A stretch of DNA of 64,000 nt, from the NCBI GenBank assembly GCA_002269645.1, contig NIVC01001541.1:124001-188000 (forward strand), written 5' to 3'. The notes below the pieces were generated by a model, which saw only the letters and a program-made list of their open reading frames with translations, was not told where the DNA came from and searched no databases. Within the stretch, counting starts at the first letter, position 1; each line of letters opens with the position of its first letter. Made by a program: the position numbers and the translations under genes. This stretch comes from Macrostomum lignano. Taxonomy: Eukaryota. Positions 56,316 through 64,000 of the stretch are shown piece after piece.

Positions 56316-59300
56316 ATGCCAGGCAAGCAGCTGAGCTTCATCGCCCTGCTGTTGTACATTGCAGCTGCCGCCGACGTCGGAAAATCCGCAGCCTCCGCTG
56401 CCACGCTGACTTGCCCGGAGCCCGGCCAGTTCTCCTGCCCCCAGCGGAACAGCTCCAGCCTCAGCCAGCCTCTGCGCTGCATCGCCGACCACCTCGTCTG
56501 CGATGGCCGGCCACACTGCCCTGACGCGGCCGACGAGTCCCTGGAGCTGTGCAAGCGGCGGCGCTGCGCCCACGGACAGTTCGCCTGCGCCCAGAGCCCC
56601 GGCCACTGCCTACCCGCCACCATGCGCTGCGATGGCAGCTTCGACTGCGAGAGAACTGGTGAGCTGATGCCAGTGATCCCCTTGCTAATCCCCTCCCTGA
56701 TCCCCTCCCTGATCTCCTCCCTGATCTCCTCCCTGATCCCCTCCCTGATCTCCTCCCTGATCCCCTCCCTGATCCCCTCCCTGATCCCCTCCCTGATCTC
56801 CTCCCTGATCCCCTCCCTGATCTCCTCCCTGATTCCCTCCCTGATCCCCTCCCTGATCTCCTCCCTGATCCCTGATTCTCTCCCTGATCACTGATCCCCT
56901 CCCTGACCCCCTCCCTGATCCCCTCCCTGATCTCCTCCCTGATCCCCTCCCTGATCCCCTCCCTGATCCCCTCCCTGATCTCCTCCCTGATCCCTGATTC
57001 TCTCCCTGATCACTGATCCCCTCCCTGACCCCCTCCCTGATCCCCTCCCTGATCTCCTCCCTGATCCCCTCCCTGATCTCCTCCCTGATCCCTGATCCCC
57101 TCCCTAAACCCTGATCCCTGATCCCTTATCCCCTCCCTGATCCCCTTTCTGATTCCTGATTCCCTCCGATTCCCCTATATCATACCCGCCATGACACCCC
57201 TCTGTCCCGCCCTGATACCCGCCCAGACTCTGGTCCTCAGAAATCCCTTTCTTCAACCCCGCTGCTTCGCCTCTCCATCCCACCCAGGCCTGGCAGACTA
57301 CTCAGACGAGATGGACTGCCCCGCGCCCGGGGCCGTGGCCCGCGGAGCCTGCGGCCCCGACCAGTTCCGCTGCCTGGACGGCAAGTCCTGCGTCACCCGC
57401 AGCTTCGTCTGCGACGACTTCAAGGACTGTTTTGACGGCTCGGACGAGTCGCCGGACATTTGCCGGGCGGCCGACTGCGAGTTCCACTGCGACGGGCGCT
57501 GCCTCAAAGCCAGCGTGCGCTGTGACGGCACCATCGACTGCAGCTCCGGCCAGGACGAGATCGGCTGTCCCGGCCGCGGTAACTGCGGCTTCAGCTACGA
57601 GTTCTCCTGCAGGTTCTCCACCGGCAAGGGGCCGCGGGACCCCGCCTGCGTGCCCATCAACTTTGTCTGCGATGGCATCAGCGAGTGCCTGCACGGCGAG
57701 GACGAGGTCTGCCCCATAGACAGGTGAGTGTCTGCCCCATAGACAGGTGAGTGTCTGCCCCATAGATAGGTGAGTGTCTGCCCCATAGATAGGTGAGTGT
57801 CTGCCCCATAGACAGATGAGTGTCTGCTCCATAGACAGATGAGTTTCTGCCCCATAGACAGATGAGTGTCTGCCCCATAGACAGGTGAGTGTCTGCCTCA
57901 TAGACAGGTGAGTGTCTGCCCCATAGATAGGTGAGTGTCTGCCACATAGACAGGTGAGTTTCTGCCCCATAGATAGGTGAGTGTCTGCCCCATAGACAGA
58001 TGAGTGTCTGCTCCATAGACAGGTGAGTTTCTGCCCCATAGACAGATGAGTGTCTGCCCCATAGACAGATGAGTGTCTGCTCCATAGACAGGTGAGTTTC
58101 TGCCCCATAGACAGGTGAGTTTCTGCCCCATAGACAGGTGAGTTTCTGCTCCATAGACAGGTGAGTGTCTGCCTCATAGACAGGTGAGTGTCTGCCCCAT
58201 AGATAGGTGAGTGTCTGCCACATAGACAGATGAGTGTCTGCCCCATAGACAGATGAGTGTCTGCTCCATAGACAGATGAGTGTCTGCCCCATAGACAGAT
58301 GAGTGTCTGCCCCATAGACAGGTGAGTGTCTGCCTCATAGACAGGTGAGTGTCTGCCCCATAGATAGGTGAGTGTCTGCCACATAGACAGGTGAGTTTCT
58401 GCCCCATAGATAGGTGAGTGTCTGCCCCATAGACAGATGAGTGTCTGCTCCATAGACAGATGAGTTTCTGCCCCATAGACAGATTAGTGTCTGCCCCATA
58501 GACAGATGAGTGTCTGCTCCATAGACAGGTGAGTTTCTGCCCCATAGACAGGTGAGTTTCTGCCCCATAGACAGGTGAGTTTCTGCCCCATAGTCAGGTG
58601 AGTGTCTGCCTCATAGACAGGTGAGTGTCTGCGCCATAGATAGGTGAGTGTCTGCCACATAGACAGGTGAGTTTCTGCCCCATAGATAGGTGAGTGTCTG
58701 CCCCATAGACAGATGAGTGTCTGCTCCATAGACAGATGAGTGTCTGCCCCATAGACAGATGAGTGTCTGCCCCATAGACAGGTGAGTGTCTGCCTCATAG
58801 ACAGGTGAGTGTCTGCCCCATAGATAGGTGAGTGTCTGCCACATAGACAGGTGAGTTTCTGCCCCATAGATAGGTGAGTGTCTGCCCCATAGACAGATGA
58901 GTGTCTGCTCCATAGACAGATGAGTTTCTGCCCCATAGACAGATGAGTGTCTGCTCCATAGACAGATGAGTGTCTGCCCCATAGACAGATGAGTGTCTGC
59001 TCCATAGACAGGTGAGTTTCTGCCCCATAGACAGATGAGTGTCTGCCCCATAGACAGATGAGTGTCTGCTCCATAGACAGGTGAGTTTCTGCCCCATAGA
59101 TAGGTGAGTGTCTGCCCCATAGACAGATGAGTTTCTGCCCCATAGACAGATTAGTGTCTGCCCCATAGACAGATGAGTGTCTGCTCCATAGACAGGTGAG
59201 TTTCTGCCCCATAGACAGGTGAGTTTCTACCCCATAGACAGGTGAGTTTCTGCCCCATAGACAGGTGAGTTTCTGCCCCATAGACAGATGAGTGTCTGCC

Positions 59301-61604
59301 CCATAGATAGGTGAGTGTCTGCCCCATAGATAGGTGAGTGTCTGCCCCATAGACAGATGAGTGTCTGCTCCATAGACAGATGAGTTTCTGCCCCATAGAC
59401 AGATGAGTGTCTGCCCCATAGACAGGTGAGTGTCTGCCTCATAGACAGGTGAGTGTCTGCCCCATAGATAGGTGAGTGTCTGCCACATAGACAGGTGAGT
59501 TTCTGCCCCATAGATAGGTGAGTGTCTGCCCCATAGACAGATGAGTGTCTGCTCCATAGACAGGTGAGTTTCTGCCCCATAGACAGATGAGTGTCTGCCC
59601 CATAGACAGATGAGTGTCTGCTCCATAGACAGGTGAGTGTCTGCCTCATAGACAGGTGAGTGTCTGCCCCATAGATAGGTGAGTGTCTGCCACATAGACA
59701 GATGAGTGTCTGCCCCATAGACAGATGAGTGTCTGCTCCATAGACAGATGAGTGTCTGCCCCATAGACAGATGAGTGTCTGCCCCATAGACAGGTGAGTG
59801 TCTGCCTCATAGACAGGTGAGTGTCTGCCCCATAGATAGGTGAGTGTCTGCCACATAGACAGGTGAGTTTCTGCCCCATAGATAGGTGAGTGTCTGCCCC
59901 ATAGACAGATGAGTGTCTGCTCCATAGACAGATGAGTTTCTGCCCCATAGACAGATTAGTGTCTGCCCCATAGACAGATGAGTGTCTGCTCCATAGACAG
60001 GTGAGTTTCTGCCCCAGGTGAGTTTCTGCCCCATAGACAGGTGAGTTTCTGCCCCATAGACAGGTGAGTGTCTGCCTCATAGACAGGTGAGTGTCTGCGC
60101 CATAGATAGGTGAGTGTCTGCCACATAGACAGGTGAGTTTCTGCCCCATAGATAGGTGAGTGTCTGCCCCATAGACAGATGAGTGTCTGCTCCATAGACA
60201 GATGAGTGTCTGCCCCATAGACAGATGAGTGTCTGCCCATAGACAGGTGAGTGTCTGCCTCATAGACAGGTGAGTGTCTGCCCCATAGATAGGTGAGTGT
60301 CTGCCACATAGACAGGTGAGTTTCTGCCCCATAGATAGGTGAGTGTCTGCCCCATAGACAGATGAGTGTCTGCTCCATAGACAGATGAGTTTCTGCCCCA
60401 TAGACAGATGAGTGTCTGCTCCATAGACAGATGAGTGTCTGCCCCATAGACAGATGAGTGTCTGCTCCATAGACAGGTGAGTTTCTGCCCCATAGACAGA
60501 TGAGTGTCTGCCCCATAGACAGATGAGTGTCTGCTCCATAGACAGGTGAGTTTCTGCCCCATAGATAGGTGAGTGTCTGCCCCATAGACAGATGAGTTTC
60601 TGCCCCATAGACAGATTAGTGTCTGCCCCATAGACAGATGAGTGTCTGCTCCATAGACAGGTGAGTTTCTGCCCCATAGACAGGTGAGTTTCTACCCCAT
60701 AGACAGGTGAGTTTCTGCCCCATAGACAGGTGAGTTTCTGCCCCATAGACAGATGAGTGTCTGCTCCATAGACAGGTGAGTTTCTGCCCCATAGACAGGT
60801 GAGTGTCGGTTCCATAGACAGGTGAGTGTCTGCCCCATAGACAGGTGAGTGTCTGCTCCATAGACAGGTGAGTTTCTGCCCCATAGATAGGTGAGTTTCT
60901 GCCCCATAGACAGGTGAGTGTCTGCCTCATAGACAGGTGAGTGTCGGTTCCATAGACAGGTGAGTGTCTGCCCCATAGACAGGTGAGTGTCTGCTCCATA
61001 GACAGGTGAGTTTCTGCCCCATAGACAGGTGAGTGTCTGCCCCATAGACAGGTGAGTGTATGCCTCATAGACAGGTGAGTGTCGGTTCCATAGACAGGTG
61101 AGTGTCTGCCCCATAGACAGGTAGGTGTCTGCCTCAGGCGATGTCGCACAGGTGATTTCCCCAATCCCAATCGCAGAGTGCTCTGCGCCACGGACTCCTA
61201 CTGGACCTGCAAGAACGGGCTGCACTGCATCCCAGTGAAGCAGCGCTGCGACGGCCTCCTGCACTGCCCAGACGGCAGCGACGAGCGGGGCTGCGCCACA
61301 GCGCCCGCGCCCACCGCCCTGCCGGACCCATCGGCTTCCGCCCTGCCAGACTCGGCTGGCTGCCCCCCGGGCCGCCGCTCCGTTGCGGGCGCCTGCCAGG
61401 TGGCTGACGAGTGCACCGAGGAGTTCGGCACCTGCGACCACCGCTGCCGGAGCACCCGACAGGCCCGGCCTGCTCCTGCCTGCCGGCTACCTGCCCGATG
61501 GCAAGGACGGCCGCCGCTGCAGGGCTGTGGGAGCCGCCAAGCTGCTCTACTCCACCCAGGCTGGCGTGAGGCTGCTCGACTCCGACACGAAGGCCGTCAC
61601 CAAA
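56316..61604 (+). CDS. LDL-receptor-related protein (LRP/megalin/vitellogenin-receptor-like), first exons 56316-56658, 57288-57723 and 61177-61604; probably continues beyond the window
   Basis: Signal-peptide-like N-terminus and several LDLa modules (CDGRPHCPDAADE, CDDFKDCFDGSDE, CDGISECLHGEDE, CDGLLHCPDGSDE), followed by EGF-like CDHRC..C.C..GY..DGRRC. Intron phases (1, 2) join correctly. Two 1-nt homopolymer losses near 61460-61485 break exon 3. Confidence 0.88.
56680..57170. repeat. 12-bp ctccctgatccc minisatellite, intronic
   Basis: Begins about 20 nt after the donor at 56659. Confidence 0.95.
57710..61130. repeat. 23-bp minisatellite (ccccatagacaggtgagtgtctg), about 150 copies, built from the exon-intron junction
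   Basis: The first unit overlaps the exon end and the CAG|GTGAGT donor at 57723/57724. Confidence 0.97.
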
Positions 61605-61607
61605 GTG

Positions 61608-62200
61608 AGCCTAATCTCACCCCATCTCATCCTGTCTCACCCTATCTCACCCCATATCATCCTGTCTCACCCTATCTCACCCCATCTCATCCTGTCTCAC
61701 CCTATCTCACCCCATATCATCCTGTCTCACCCTATCTCACCCCATCTCATCCTGTCTCACCCTATCTCACCCTGTCTCACCTCTCACCCTGTCTCACCTC
61801 ATCTTACCTCATCTGACCCTATCTCACCCTGTCTTACCTCATCTGACCCTGTATCACCTCATCTGACCCTGTCTCAACTCATCTGACCCTGTCTCAACTC
61901 ATCTGACCCTGTCTCAACTCATCTGACCCTGTCTTACCTCATCTCACCTCATCTCACCCTGTCTCACCCTGTCTCACCTTATGTCATCTCATCTCACCCT
62001 GTCTCACCTTACCTCACCCTGTCTCACCTCATGTCATCTCATTTCACCCTGTCTCACCTCATGTCATCTCATCTCACCCTGTCTCACCTCATGTCATCTC
62101 ATCTCACCCTGTCTCACCTCATGTCATCTCATCTCACCCTGTCTCACCTCATGTCATCTCATCTCACCCTGTCTCACCCACCTCACCCTGTCTCACCCCA
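61608..62200. repeat. ctcaccc/tatctcacc-type composite minisatellite, intronic
   Basis: Starts immediately after the donor at 61605. Confidence 0.93.
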
Positions 62201-62829
62201 TCTCACTCATTTCGCACCATTGTCTCCTGAAGCTTATCTCACTGCAGCTCACCCTACTTCACCCCATGTCAGCCATCTGATATGTTAGTACCTGAGCGAG
62301 TCTCAACCTACAGTGTCTGTAGAGCTCTGCATCCGACATCAGTTTCGCATTCTCGTGACAATTCCCACACTGCCACTCTGTCTGGCTCACCCTCTCTCCT
62401 GACCCGTCTTGTGTACTGCTTCTTTTTTCTGGCCTTATCTAAGATGCCAACTTTTCTCTGCTTTGAAAAATTCTTGTTTTTTATTGTCTAACGGCTCTCT
62501 CCATTCAAAATTTGCTCTGTTGCTCAAACTGGCATTGAGCAGTCCCAGAAATTGTGAGCTGGTCACTGCAGCTTTATAGCTCGCAATTTTATATGGCGAA
62601 ATTCTTATATTGCTACTTAGGAGCAGTAATATGCAACTGCTCGTGGGGGGGGGTTGCTAAGAGTTCAAGGCTTATATGGGTTTGCTGAAATGCCAAGAGG
62701 CCAATTGGGAGTTGTTGGTAGGCCAAGCATTACAGGGAGAGTGAAGGTTAAGCCATGGCTTAAAGGGAGGCTTTGGTGTCAAAGCTCATATGGGATGTAA
62801 GAATAAGATCTATGGGTATGTCTATAAGT

Positions 62830-64000
62830 GAGATTAGGTGAGATTCGGCTAGCTCAGGGGTGAGATAGGGGAGATTCTATGAGGAGGAGATAGGGGAGAT
62901 TCGGTGAGATAGGGGGATTCGGTGAGATAGAGGGGAGTCGGTGAGATAGGGGGATTCGGTGAGATGGGGGGATTCGGTGAGATAGGGGGATTCGGTGAGA
63001 TAGGTTGAGATAGGGGAGATAGGGGGATTCGGTGAGATAGGGGGATTCGGTGAGATAGGGGGATTCGGTGAGATAGGTTGAGATAGGTTGAGATAGGGGA
63101 GATAGGGGGATTCGGTGAGATAGGGGGATTCGGTGAGATAGGGGGATTCGGTGAGATAGGTTGAGATAGGGGAGATAGGGGGATTCGGTGAGATAGGGGG
63201 ATTCGGTGAGATGGGGGATTCGGTGAGATAGGGGGATTCGGTGAGATAGGGGGATTCGGTGAGATAGGGGGATTCGGTGAGATAGGGGGATTCGGTGAGA
63301 TAGGTTGAGATAGGGGAGATAGGGGGATTCGGTGAGATGGGGGATTCGGTGAGATAGGGGGATTCGGTGAGATAGGGGGATTCGGTGAGATAGGGGGATT
63401 CGGTGAGATAGGGGGATTCGGTGAGATGGGGGATTCGGTGAGATAGGGGGATTCGGTGAGATAGGGGGATTCGGTGAGATAGGGGGGATTCGGTGAGATA
63501 GGGGGATTCGGTGAGATAGGTTGAGATAGGGGAGATAGGGGGGATTCGGTGAGATAGGGGGATTCGGTGAGATAGAGGGATTCGGTGAGATAGGGGGATT
63601 CGGTGAGATAGGGGGATTCGGTGAGATAGGGGGATTCGGTGAGATAGGTTGAGATAGGGGGATAGGGGGATTCGGTGAGATAGGGGAGATTCGGTGAGAT
63701 AGGGGAGATTCGGTGAGATAGGGGGATTCGGTGAGATAGGGGGATTCGGTGAGATAGGGGGATTCGGTGAGATAGGTTGAGATAGGGGAGATAGGGGGAT
63801 TCGGTGAGATAGGGGAGATTCGGTGAGATAGGGGAGATTCGGTGAGATAGGGGGATTCGGTGAGATAGGGGGATTCGGTGAGATAGGGGGATTCGGTGAG
63901 ATAGGGGGATTCGGTGAGATAGGGGGATTCGGTGAGATAGGGGGATTCGGTGAGATAGGGGGATTCGGTGAGATAGGGGAGATTCGGTGAGATAGGGGAG
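62830..64000. repeat. 18-bp gggggattcggtgagata minisatellite running off the window edge
   Basis: Tandem units; the ggtgagatag core is the reverse complement of the core in 61608-61770. Confidence 0.96.

Noticed and set aside
57710-61130. CRISPR-like appearance of the 23-, 27-, 33- and 38-bp repeats
   Set aside because: The units are head-to-tail without unique spacers, there are no cas genes, and the context is eukaryotic.
57302-61441. Many overlapping minus-strand ORFs (MGQTLICLWGRH...)
   Set aside because: They are antisense translations of the 23-bp donor-site array.

Overview
Repeat-rich, intron-containing invertebrate animal DNA. It resembles Macrostomum-type flatworm assemblies, but the species cannot be established from sequence alone. 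The most striking element is an intact 7.1-kb non-LTR retrotransposon (1575-8693, minus) flanked by a perfect 23-bp target-site duplication. Its Gag-like ORF1 carries a complete ALKBH2/3-type AlkB (2OG-Fe(II) dioxygenase) domain ahead of the usual RRM-like region and CCHC knuckles. The element also has an RFX X-box at its 5' tip, a long hairpin-rich 3' UTR and a GGAUA-loop 3' stem-loop. It is inserted in the LTR of a Ty3/Gypsy-like element whose gag runs off the left edge. Further along are: a diverged segmental duplication (about 8.9-14.7 kb vs 23.6-29.6 kb) with a TM-protein exon and a piggyBac relic; an apparently intronless vWA + papain-like protease + Zn-ribbon gene; a young Mag-type LTR element whose single ORF lacks RT and RNase H in frame; a two-exon pathogen-related (SnoaL-like) protein gene; a Fer3 bHLH gene; and the 5' exons of an LDL-receptor-related gene. 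More than 20 mini/microsatellite arrays occur, and two of them are tandem amplifications of splice sites. There is no rRNA, genuine tRNA or CRISPR. Most long ORFs in the supplied track are repeat artefacts.
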